From Eutreptiella sp. 'Long Island Sound 2002' (Eukaryota > Protista > Euglenida), in contig OZ038378.1 of assembly GCA_964036045.1 (NCBI GenBank), positions 74,958,001-75,022,000 of the forward strand: 64,000 bases of DNA, in the 5' to 3' direction. Numbering within the stretch: position 1 is the first letter of the stretch; every line of letters begins with the position of its first letter. Both the position numbers and the translations under genes were made by a program. The notes under the pieces were generated by a model, which saw nothing but the letters and a program-made list of their open reading frames with translations, was not told where the DNA came from and made no database searches. Positions 13,169 through 24,900 of this stretch are shown piece after piece.

Positions 13169-15555
13169 GCGTCAGCAGCTTTGGGGCAAGTTCGTCCGTC
13201 GCTTTTGAATAGGCAAGGCCTCCGCTGCTATGGACCTCCTAGCAGCCATCGTCGCTATGGGCCAGGGGCCTTTTTGCCTTTGGCAATAGCGGGCCTTGCG
13301 ACCCTTTCGGGGACGCGCCTCTGCCGCTTTGGGGCAGGTGCCTCCGCCGGTTAGGGACGGTGGGGTTGCTACCATTTTTGTGTCGGGGTGTTCGCCGCTT
13401 CGGAACCTGTGGGGCCTCCGCCTCTTTGGGAACGCCCCGGCCGTTACCTCTTTGAGGCAGGGGGGAACGCTAGGGGACTCCAGTGCTTTGGAAACACCGG
13501 CGAATCCGCCTCTTTCCGGCACTGGCCTCTACGGTTTTGGCAACACCAGGGCCGCCCACCGCTTGAGGTAAGTTAGGGCTTCCCCAGCTTTGGCAACACC
13601 AAGGTCTGGGTTGCTTTGGGGTAGTGGCTCCCGCATTTTGGAACCGGCGCGGCCTCCGCCACTTTGGAAAGGGCGGCGCTGTTGTCACTATAGGGGAGGG
13701 ACCTCTGTCGCCCGTGGAACGCCGGGGCCTCCGCCGCTTTGGGTCAGTGGCCTCTTGGGCTTTGGCAACAATTTGCCTTCCGCCTCTTTGGGGCACGGGC
13801 CTCCGCCGCTTTGGGGCAGTTGCCGCTGGCGCTTGGGGGACGTTGGGGCCTCCGCCGCTTGCGAACCGCCCTCTGCCTGTTTGGGAACGCCGCGGCCGTC
13901 ACCGCTTTGGGGCACGGGCGTCCGCCGCTTTGGGAACACCGGGGCCTCTGCGAAGTGAGGGCCGGCCTTTGCACCTTTGGGAACACCAAGGCCTCTGCTG
14001 ATTTGGGGCAGGGGCTTGCACTTATTTGGCACCACTGGGGCCTACCCCGCTTTTGGGATGCCTGTGCCTTCGCCCACCACTGGGGCCTCCACCGCTTTGG
14101 GGTAGGAAACTCCATCCCTTAGGGGTTCTTGCAACCTCCGCCGCTGCGGGAACGCTGTTGCTGTCACGTCCTTGATACCCCCACGGATTAGGATAAGGGG
14201 CCCCCGCGGCTTTGGGAACACATGTGCCTCCGCCGCTGTGGCGTAGGGGCTTTTTCTGATTTTGTATTGCTGGGGCCCTTGCTGCTTTGTGGCCTCCACC
14301 ACTCTGGGAACGCCCAGGTGTCCGCCGCATATGAGCAAGGGCTTATGCCACTTTGGAAACGACGCGGCCTCCGCCGCTTTCCGGCAGTGCCCCCCTTCGC
14401 TTTGGGAATGCCGTTGCTTTTGAGCGAGGGCCTATGCCTTTTTGGGGACTCCGCGGCCTCCCGCGCCTTGGGGCAGGGTTCTCCGCCGCTTTGCGAACAC
14501 CGGGCCATCTGCCGGACTCCGGCACCCCACTGTGACGCTTTGTGAACACCGGGACCTTTGGCGCTTTGCGGCTTGGGCCCTCCGCCACTTTAGGGACGCC
14601 GGTGCCGGTGCCACTGTGGGGCACGCGGCTCCTTTGCTTTTGGGATTGCAAAGGCCTCCCCTGCTTTTCGAACATCGTGCCATTCGCCTCTTTTGGGCAG
14701 GGGCCACTATCGCCTCGGGAACATAGAGGCCACGGCTGCTTTGGGGCTATGCAAAGTGCCGGGGCTTGTGCCACTTTGGGGCAGGGGCTTTGGGGACAGC
14801 GGGGCCTCCCCGTCTTTGGGGCAAGGGCCTCCGCCACTTTGGGAACTCCGGTGCCTCCACCACTTTGTTGTTGCTGCCTCCGCCGCCTTGCGGCTACGTA
14901 GGCCTCCGCCCCTTTGGGACAAGGCTCTCCTCCGCTTTGGGTGCGCCGTGGCCACCGCTCCTTTAGTTGGGGCCCTTGCCATGTACAACTAGTAAGGCTC
15001 CCGCCGCGTTTGCAACACCCGTGGCCTCTACTGCGTTTGATGAGGGGCCACCATCGCTTCGTGACCACCGGGGCCTCCGCCGCTTTGGGACGGGGGTCAC
15101 AGTTGCTTTGGGAACGGGGGGGCGTCGGCTGCTTTGGACCAAGGCCCCTCACTGCTTTGGGAACTCCACAGCCTCCGTCGTTTTGGGGCAGGAGCCTCTG
15201 TCGCATTGGGAACGCCGGGGCCTCCTTCGCTTTGTGCCAGAGGCCTCTGCCGCTTTGGGGCATGGGCTACCGTCGCTTTGGGAGTATGGGGGCCCTCGCC
15301 GCCTGGGGAATGCCGGGGCCTCCGCCGCTCTCGGCTCACCGGGGCCCTTGCCACTTTGGGGCACGGGGCTCGGCTGCTTCGGGAGCGCTAGGGCCTCCGC
15401 TGCTTTGGTAACACCAGGGCCTTCACCGCTTAGGGGCAGGGTTCTCCAGCGCTTTAGCAACACTGGCGCCTGTGCAGCTTCGGAGCAAGGGCTTCTGTTG
15501 CTTTGGGAACGCTGCAGGTTGCGCTGCTTTGGGACAGGAGCCTCCCCCGCTTTGT
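13169..15555 (+). repeat. SatA, + orientation, first copy of the higher-order unit
   Basis: Matches 23900-25730 and 28400-30240 segment by segment (e.g. ORFs starting MGPLPCTTS at 14967, 25159, 29672). Confidence 0.9.
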
Positions 15556-15759
15556 TGTACCTGCGGCTCACTTGGAAATGTGAAGTGGGGGCTCAGTTTG
15601 GGCTAAAACGGCTCGTTTGGGGCTAAGTGGTGTTTGTCAAGGGGTTTCATGTGAAAACTTGTGCCTTTCGGGGGTGGGTTGGGGTTTTGGAATGTCCCCA
15701 AAGAGACCCCAATCCCTAGTGCAGGAGGATTCGACTTGGGGGGGTTTCTTTTTTTCGAC

Positions 15760-17865
15760 GGCTCAGTTGACTGAGCACCCCGACTGAGCTGTCACTAAGC
15801 CGTCACTGAGCCGGCTCACTTAGCTCTCACTTAGCTCTCACTTAGCTCTCACTGAGCGCGCCAAATGGCTCACTGAGCGCTCACTGAGAGCTAATTAGGG
15901 GTTCACTCAGGGCTCACTCAGGAGTTTCTTCCCCTTTCCGCCCTCTCTTCCCACCCTTGCTGGCCCACACTTCACCCTTTTCACACCAACATCGGTCCGC
16001 AGTTCTCACCATGTCTTTTCTCCAAGAACTTGAGCGTGCATGCACACATACATACTTGCATACATGTACCCGTGGCGACAAACACACAAACATCCAAACA
16101 CACACACTTCGTGAGGGACACAAACATCCAAACACATACACACATATACACCCATACACACGTCCACACACACATGCACATGCACAAATTGACAACCACA
16201 TTCATTCTTGTGTGCAATTATCTTGCGTGTACATAAACACATGGCCACATTGAACCATGTGAAGTGAAGGGCTAGGGAGAGATGGTTACGGGGTTGGGGT
16301 TCGGGGATATGAACCTAGCCATTTCCGAGGGTGTTCCTTGTTGCCTCATGACAATGGCACCCCCCCCCCCCCCCACACACACACGGGTGCGCGCGCCAAG
16401 AAGCACAAATAGGGCACAGGGGATATTGCTTGCTTTTGTGAGGTTCATCATACAACCATCTTGACCTACACCATGACACACTCCCTCCCCTCCCTCCTTA
16501 TCCCCTCCCGTCCCCTTTTGCCATGCCTCATCCCCCCGCTTACCCGATGCGAACCCATTCTCTTATCTTGTCTGCCGTGTCCCCTTGCCCTGCCCTTGCC
16601 ATGCCTTTCCTATTTGTTGGCCATGGCATCGAGTGCATGATGGTGGCGGCAATGACGATGACCTTTGCAGGTATGTTTTGCTATTGTGTGTGTTCGTGGG
16701 TGTGTGCTTGTGCCCATGCGCATGTGCGCAAGTGTGGATGGTTTGTTCCCTCTTGGTTTCTCTCATTTAGTGTGTTTGTATGTATGTTTGTGTGTGAGTC
16801 GGGGGGGGGGGGGGGGCTTGCTTGGATCGATGCGTGGGTGAAGGTGTCCTTGTGCGTCACTGTGAGTGTGTGGCTGCATTCTTTGTTTTCTGGTTGCCTA
16901 GGTTTGTGGGCGTATGTGGATTCGTGAATGTGTGTACGCGCAGGTGTGTGTGTGTGTGTGCCAATGTGTGTGTGTGTGTGTGTGCGTTGCAGCTTTTGCA
17001 GCTGTTGTTTTTGATGCTGTTGTTGGTTTTGGTGTTGTGTGGCATAGGCTTTGATTGTGTGCGCATAACATTGTGTTTGTGGCTGCAGATGCAGGTATGG
17101 TTGTGCTTGTGGTTGTGGCTGTGGTTCTGGGCTTGCGTGAGGTTGTTGCCATGGCCGTTGTGGTAGCTCTCGTTGTTGGTGTGGTTATGTTAGTGGCTGT
17201 GGTTGCGGCTTTGGTTGTGGGTGTGGGTGTGGGTGTGGGTGTGGGTGTGGGTGTGTTTCTGCAAGCTGTGTTGTGTGTGGATTTGGTTGTGGTTGTGTCA
17301 GCGCGTGTGGCCCTGGCTGTGGCGAAGGCTGCAGTTGCAGCTTTCACTGTGGCTGCAGCTGTTCTTTGGGTTGTGGCTGTAGCTGGGGGGGGGGGGGGTT
17401 AAAGGACTGCAAAGAGGGGGGCTCAAAATACCATCCACCCCCTCCAAAAAAATCGCACCAAGTTTACAGTGACAGTGTACAGTGACAGTGTACAATGACA
17501 GTGTACAGTGAGGGCATACAGTAAGTGTACAGTGACAGTGTAGAGTGCCAGTGTAGAGTCTTGGCCGTTGTGGCGGACGTACTGTGTGTGGGGATACATT
17601 CTATGAGACCTTGGGGAGTACAGTGTACAGAGTACAGTGTACAGAGTACAGTGTACAGTGTACAGTGTACAGTGTACAGTGTACAGTGACAGTGTACAGT
17701 GACAGCGTGCAGTGGCAGTGTGCAGTGTGCAGTGACAGCGTACAGTGCCAGAATACAGTGTACTATGTACAGTGACAGTAGACAGTGACAGCATTGACAG
17801 TGTACATGGACAGTGTACAGTGACAGTGTACAGTGACAGTGTACAGTGACAGTGAACCATGAGTG
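15760..17865 (+). repeat. Left arm of foldback (unique segments plus GT and CAGTGTA/CAGTGA microsatellites)
   Basis: Reverse complement of 19680-21750. Identical 98-aa spurious ORFs at 15957-16253(+) and 21246-21542(-). Confidence 0.9.
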
Positions 17866-18030
17866 AGTCCTCACTGAGCGCTCACTGAGCCATTTGGCGC
17901 GCTCAATGAGCGCTCACTGCGCCATTTGGCGCGCTCAGTGAGCGCCCAGTGAGCGCGCGAAACGGCGCAGTGAGCGCTCAGTGAGCGCGCCAAATGGCTC
18001 AGTGAGCGCTCCCCGAGGGCTCACTCATGG
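17865..18030. repeat. Palindromic junction node built from CTCACTGAGCGC / GCGCTCAGTGAG / GCGCGCCAAATGG
   Basis: Flanked by inverted CAGTGAACCATGAGTGAG ... CTCACTCATGGTTCACTG. Same words at 15770-15915, 19585-19680 and 21585-21750. Confidence 0.85.
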
Positions 18031-19585
18031 TTCACTGTCACTGTACACTGTCACTGCACACTGTGTATTGCACACTGCCCACTGCACACTGTGTATTGCA
18101 CACTGCACATTGCATACTGTGTATTGCACACTGCACACTGCACACTGTGTGTTACAAATTGCACACTGCACACTGTAATGCACACTGCACACTGTAATGC
18201 ACACTGCACACCTCGTAATGCACACTGCACACTGTGTATTGCACACTGCACACTGCACAGTCCACCGTGTGCAGTGTGCAATACACAGTGTGCAGTGGCA
18301 CACTGCGCACTGCACAGTGCACCGTGTGCAGTGTGCAATACGCAGTGCGCAGTGGCACACTGCGCACGGCGCAGTGCGCCGTGTGCAGTGTGAAATACCC
18401 AGGCTGCAGTGTGTAGTGTGCAATACACAGTGTGCAGTGTGCATTACACAGCGTGTAGTGTGCATTCTACACTGCGCACTGCACACTGTGTATTGCACAC
18501 TGCACACTGTGTATTGCACACTGCACACTGTAATGCACACTGCACACTGTGTCATGCACACTGCACACTGTGCACTGCAAATTGCACACTGCAAGCTGTA
18601 ATGCACAGTGCACACTGTATATTGCACACTGCACACTGCACACGGTGTGTTACAAATTGCACACTGCACACGGCAATGCACACTGCACACGGTGTATTGC
18701 ACACTGCACACTGCACACTGTGTATTGCACAGTGCACACTGCATACTGTGTATTGCACACTGCACACTGCACACTGTGTGTTACAAATTGCACACTGCAC
18801 ACTGTAGTGCACACTGCACACTGTGTAATACACTCTGCACACTGTGTATTGCACACGGCACACTGCAGCCTGTGTATTGCACACTGCACACTGCACACTG
18901 TGTGTAGTGTGCACTACACAGGGTGTAGTATGCCGTGTGTGATGTAATCCACACTGCACACTGTGTAATGCACACTGCACACTGTGTCATGCACACTACC
19001 CGCTGCACCCTGTTTATTGCACATTGGGTATTGCACCGTGCACCGTGTGCAGTGTGCAATACCCAGTGTGCATTACACAGGATGCGCTGTGTAGTGTGCA
19101 ATACACAGTGTGCAATGTGCATCACAGTGTGCAGTGTGCAATTTGTAACACAAAGTGTGCAGTGTGCAGTGTGCAATACACAGTGTGCAGTGTGCATTAC
19201 AGTGTGCAGTGTGCAATACACAATGTGCAGTGTGCAATACATAGCGTGCAGTGTGCAGTGTGCAGTACACAGTGTGCAGTGCACAGTGTACACTGCGCAC
19301 TACACACTGTGTAATGCACACTGCACACTGTGTCATGCACACTGCACACCGTACAGTGCAAGCGTTCGGGCGCTCAGTGTGCAGTGTGCAATACACAGTG
19401 TGCAGTGTGCATTACAGTGTGCAGTGTGCATAACAGTGTGCAGTGTGCAATTTGTAACACACAGTGTGCAGTGTGCAGTGTGCAATACACAGTATGCAGT
19501 GTGCAGTGTGCAATACACAGTGTGCAGTGGGCAGTGTGCAATACACAGTGTGCAGTGACAGTGTACAGTGACAGTGAACCATGAG
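18030..19585. repeat. Central TGCACAC/CAGTGTG simple-repeat core with inverted ends and several internal orientation flips
   Basis: 18030-18200 is the reverse complement of 19400-19585. Flips near 18260, 18470, 19020, 19290 and 19350. Confidence 0.9.
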
Positions 19586-19679
19586 TGAGCCCTCACTGAG
19601 CGCTCACTGAGCCATTTGGCGCGCTCACTCAGCGCGCCAAATGGCTCAGTGAGCGCTCAGTGAGGACTCACTCATGGTA

Positions 19680-21750
19680 CACTGTCACTGTACACTGTCA
19701 CTGTACATTGTCACTGTACACTGTCCATGTACACTGTCAATGCTGTCACTGTCTGCTGTCACTGTACATGGTACACTGTATTCTGGCACTGTACGCTGTC
19801 ACTGCACACTGCACACTGCCACTGCACGCTGTCACTGTACACTGTCACTGTACATTGTCACTGTACACTGTACACTATACTCTGTACACTGTACTCACCA
19901 AGGTGTCATAGAATGTATCCCAACACACAGTACGTCCGCCACAACGGCCAAGACTCTACACTAGCACTCTACACTGTCACTCTACACTCACTGTATGCTC
20001 TCACTGTACACTGTCATTGTACACTGTCACTGTACACTGTCACTGTAAACCTGGTGCGATTTTTTTGGAGGGGGTGGATGGTATTTTGAGCCCCCCTCTT
20101 TGCAGTCCTTTAACCCCCCCCCCCCCCCAAGCTACAGCTCGAACCCAAGAACAGCTGCAGCCATAGTGAAAGCTGCAACTGCAGCCTTCGCCACAGCCAG
20201 GGCCACACACATTGACACAACCACAACCAAATCCACACACAACACAGCTTGCAGAAACACACCCACACCCACACCCACACCCACACCCAAAGCCGCAACC
20301 ACAGCCACTAACATGACCACACCAACAACGAGAGCTACCACAACGGCCATCGCAACAACCTCACGCAAGCCCAGAACCACAGCCACAACCGCAAACACAA
20401 CCATACCTGCGTCTGCAGCCACAAGCACAATGTTATGCGCACACAATCAAAGCCTATGCCACACAACACCAAAACCAACAACAACATCCAAAACAACAAC
20501 TGCAACACACACACACACACACACACACACACATTGGCACACACACACACACCTGCGCGTACACACATTCACGAATCCACATACACACACGAATCTAGGC
20601 AACCAGAAACCAAAGAATGCAGTCACACACTCACAAACACTCACACACAAGGACACCTTCACCCACGCATCGATCCAAGCAAGCCCCCCCCCCCCCCCCA
20701 CACACACACAAGCAGACATACAAACACACTAAATGAGAGAAACGAAGAACGAACAAACCATCTGCATTTGCGCACATGCGCATTGGCACAACTACACACA
20801 CACGCAAGCACACACCCACACACCCACACACATAATAACACAACATACCCGCAAAAGTCATTGTCCTTCCCGCCACCATCATGCATGTGATGCCACGACC
20901 AAAAAATAGGAAAGGCATGACTAGGGGACGGGAGAGGCAAGAGAACAAAAGGGCTACGCACGAGTGAAGCGGGGAAGCGCAACATAGCAAAAGGGGACGG
21001 GAGGGGATAAGGAGGGAGGGGGATCAATGTGTCATGGTGTAGGTCAAGATGGTTGTATGATGAACCTCACAAAAGCCAGCAATGTCCTTTGTGCCCTACT
21101 TGTGCTTCATGGTGTGTGTGTGCGTATGGGGTGGGTGGGTGCCATTGTCATGAGGCCACAAGGAACACCCTCGGAAATGGCTAGGTTCATATCCGCAAAC
21201 CCCAACCCCGTAACCATCTCTCCCTAGCCCTTCACTTCACATGGTTCAATGTGGCCATGTGTTTATGTACACGCAAGATAATTGCACACAAGAATGAATG
21301 TGGTTGTCAATTTGTGCATGTGCATGTGTGTGTGGACGTGTGTATGGGTGTATATGTGTGTATGTGTTTGGATGTTTGTGTCCCTCACGAAGTGTGTGTG
21401 TTTGGATGTTTGTGTGTTTGTCGCCACGGGTACATGTATGCAAGTATGTATGTGTGCATGCACGCTCAAGTTCTTGGAGAAAAGACATGGTGAGAACTGC
21501 GGACCGATGTTGGTGTGAAAAGGGTGAAGTGTGGGCCAGCAAGGGTGGGAAGAGAGGGCGGAAAAGGGGAAGAAACTCCTGAGTAAGCCCTGAGTGAGCC
21601 CCTAATTAGCTCTCACTGAGCGCTCAGTGAGCGCTCAGTGAGCCATTTGGCGCGCTCGGTGAGAGCTGAGTGAGAGCTAAGTGAGAGCTAAGTGAGCCGG
21701 CTCAGTGACGGCTCAGTGACGGCTCAGCCGGGGTGCTAAGTCAACTAAGC
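19680..21750 (-). repeat. Right arm of foldback
   Basis: Reverse complement of the left arm. Confidence 0.9.
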
Positions 21751-21945
21751 CGTCGCCCAAAAAAGTGCCCCCCCCTTTGAACCTTGACCAAGCGAGTATC
21801 TAAAACTTCTAAAAACAGTAAATGCACAATACCTAGCATGCAAAAAGCCCAACAAGCAAGCACAAAGACATCGCAATGCACAACTCAGGCCCAAATGAGC
21901 CCCAACTTCACATTTCACCTTAGCCACCAGTGAGCCGCAGGTACA

Positions 21946-24900
21946 GTGAACACTGGGCGCTCCCCTACTTTAGGAATTTTGGGGTCACCAGCGCTTTCGG
22001 GTAGGGGCTCCCGCCGCCTCGGGGATGCCGTGGCCTCCGCTACTGTGGGGAAGGGGCCTGTACCGCTTTGGGACCACCGTGGCGTCGATGGATTTGCCAA
22101 GGCCGGGGCCTCTGCTGCCTTGGGGTAGGGGCCTTCACCGATGTGGGTGAGGGGCATCCACCACTTTGCGCGCACCAGAACGTCCGCTGATTTTGCACGG
22201 TGGCGACCGTCGCTTTGGGAACGTAGGTGGCTACACCGCTTTATGGCAAGAACCCTCACGGCTTTGCGAATGTTGTGGCCCCTCTCCCATTTGGGCAAGG
22301 AGTCTCCGGCGCTTTGGCAATATTGGGGCCTGCCTCATTTGGTGCGGGAGCCTCTATGGCTGTGGACACCGTCAGGGCGTGTGTCATTTTCGTGCAAGTG
22401 CCTCCACCGCTTCGGGAAAAGCACGGCCTCTGCTGCTATGGTAACACCATGGCCGCCGCCTTTCTGATGCGCTGGCCTCGTTGATCTCCGTCACTGTGGG
22501 GTAGGAGCCTCCCCCACTTTGGCAACACCGGGGACTCCGCCACTTTGGGGTAGGGGCCTCTCTCGCTTTGGCAATACCGGGGCGTCCGCCACTTTGACAA
22601 AGCTTAGGCCTCCGCAACTTTTTGGCAGAGGCCTCCCCTGCTTTAGGACCTATGGTGCCTCCGCCACCTCAGGCGGGGGCTACTTTTGCTTTGGATAGCG
22701 CCGGGGCATCCGTCGCTTTGGGAACGGCGGGCCTTAGCCACTTTAGTGAGCGGTCCTCTCCGGCTTTGGTGATGCCCAACGCTTTGGGGGGGGTTTCTCG
22801 GCGCTTTGGGAACGCCGTGACCGCCCCTGCTTTAGGAACAGCGGTGCCTCCGCAGCTTGGGACGGGTGCCTCTACGGCTTTGAAGAGCGCCGTGGCCTCC
22901 GCCGCTTTGGAGGAGGGGCTTCCACCGCCTACGTAGCAATGGGGCCCCCAGCGCCTTGGCGTAGGGGCCTCTGCCGCTTTGCGCACATCGGGGCCCCCTC
23001 CGCTTTGGGGCGGGAGTGTTAGCCTCTTTGGAATCTCAGGGGGCTCCTCCGCTTTGTCAAAGGACTCTACGGCAGGGGCCAGGGTTGGTTTGCGAATGTT
23101 TGGGCGTTTGCCGCTTTTGTGTATGCGCCTTTGCCCCTTGGGGAGCGCCGGGGCCCTCCCGTGCCGTGGGAACACCAAGGCCTCCGCTGCTTCGGGGCAG
23201 GTGCTCAGCTACTTCGGGAACGCCAGGGCCTTCCTTGCTGTTGTATAGGGGCCTTCTCCGCTTTTGGAATCCAAAGGCCGCTGCCGCTTTGGGAACACCG
23301 GGGCCTTTGCCGCTTTGGGGCAAGGGTGTCCACCAGTTTGACAACACCGGGGCCTGTTCCCTTCGGCGCAAGGGCCTCTGTGGCTTTGGGAACACTGCAG
23401 CCCCCAATGCTTTGTGGTGGGGGCCGCCGCCGCTTTGTGAACATGGGGCGCTCTGCCGCTTTAGGATGTATGGGGTCTCCGCCCCTTTGGTGTATGGGCT
23501 CTCGTTGCTTTGGGGACACCGTGGCCTCCGCTGGTTTTGGGTACGGGCCTCCATCGATTTCTGACCGACTTGGCCTCCGCGTTTTGGCAAGACCGGTGAC
23601 TCCGTTGCATGTGGGTAGGGGCCTACGCTGCTTTGGCACCATCGGGGCTTTACCCATTTTTGGTCAAGGTCTTCCAATACATTGTGCGCACCGGGACCTG
23701 CGCCGCTTTGGCACCGGGGCCACCATGCGTTTCGGAACTTGGATGGCTGCACCGCTGTGGGGCAAGCACCCTTGCCGCTTCGGGAGCGCCGTGGCCACTG
23801 TGTTTTTAGGGCATGGGTCTCTGCCGCTTTGGCACTACTGCGGGCGGCGTCACTTGTTGCAGGAGACGCTACGGCTGTGGGCGGCACTTGGGCCTCCACC
23901 GCTTTGGGTCCTTGGCCACTTCGGCTTTGGCAACAATTTGCCTTCCGCCGCTTTGGGGCACGGGCCTCCGCCACTTTGGGCCAGTTGCCGCCGGGGCTCG
24001 GGGGACGTTGGGGCCTCAGCCGCTTCATATCCGACCTCTGCCCGTTTGGGAACGCCACAGCAGTCACCGCTTTGGGGCACGGGCGTCCGCCGCTTTGGGA
24101 ACGGCGGGGCTTCTGCCAAGTCAGGGCCGGCCTTTGCACCTTTGGGAACACCAAGGCCTGTGCTGATTTGTGACAGGGGCTTGCATTGGTTTTTCACCAC
24201 TGGGGCCTACCCCGCTTTTGGGATGCTTGTGCCTTTGCCCACCACTGGGGCCTTCACCGCTTTGGGGTAGGAACCTCCATCCCTCAGGGGCTGCTGCAAC
24301 CTCCGCCGCTGCGGCGACGCCAGGGCTGTTGCGTCCTTGATACCTCCACGGATTAGGATAAGGGGCCCCCGCGGCTTTGGGAACACATGTGCCTCCGCCG
24401 CTGTGGCGTAGGGGCTTTTTCTGATTTTGTATTGTTTGGGCCCTTGCTGCTTTGTGGCCTCCACCACTGTGGGAACGCCGGGGGGTCCGCCGCATATGAG
24501 CAAGGGCCTATGCCACTTTGGAAATGACGCGGCCTCCGCTGCTTTCCGGCAGTGCCCCCCCCTTCGCTGTGGGAACGCCGTTGCTTTGGGGCGAGGGCCT
24601 ATGCCTTTTTGGGGACTCCGCGGCCTCCCGCGCCTTGGGGCACGGTCCTCCGCCGCTTTGCGAACACCGGGCCATCTGCCGGACCGCGGCACCGGATTGC
24701 GTTGCTTTGTGAACGCCGGGACCTTTGGCACTTTGCGGCTCGGGCCCTCCGCCACTTTAGGGACGCTGGTGCCGGTGCCATTGTGCCGCACGCAGCACCT
24801 TTTGCTTTTGGGATTGCAAACGCCTCCACTGCTTGTCGAACATCGTGCCATTCGCCTCTTTTGGGCAGGGGCCACCATCGCCTCGGGAACATAGAGGCCA

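Larger units (their letters stand above)
15556..21945. mobile_element. 6.39-kb foldback-type element, perfect 17-bp TIR TGTACCTGCGGCTCACT, 2-bp TSD GT
   Basis: TIR at 15556-15572 and 21929-21945, extending imperfectly to ~45 bp. GT at 15554-55 and 21946-47. The joined flanks give the SatA word CTTTGTGAACACT, and the sequence after the element continues like the uninterrupted copies at ~25720 and ~30235. Confidence 0.85.

Noticed and set aside
16820-20730. Cys/His-rich (CTLHTAH, VQCAV) and Thr-rich mucin-like ORFs
   Set aside because: Translations of TGCACAC, GT and CA microsatellites, mirrored in the two palindrome arms.
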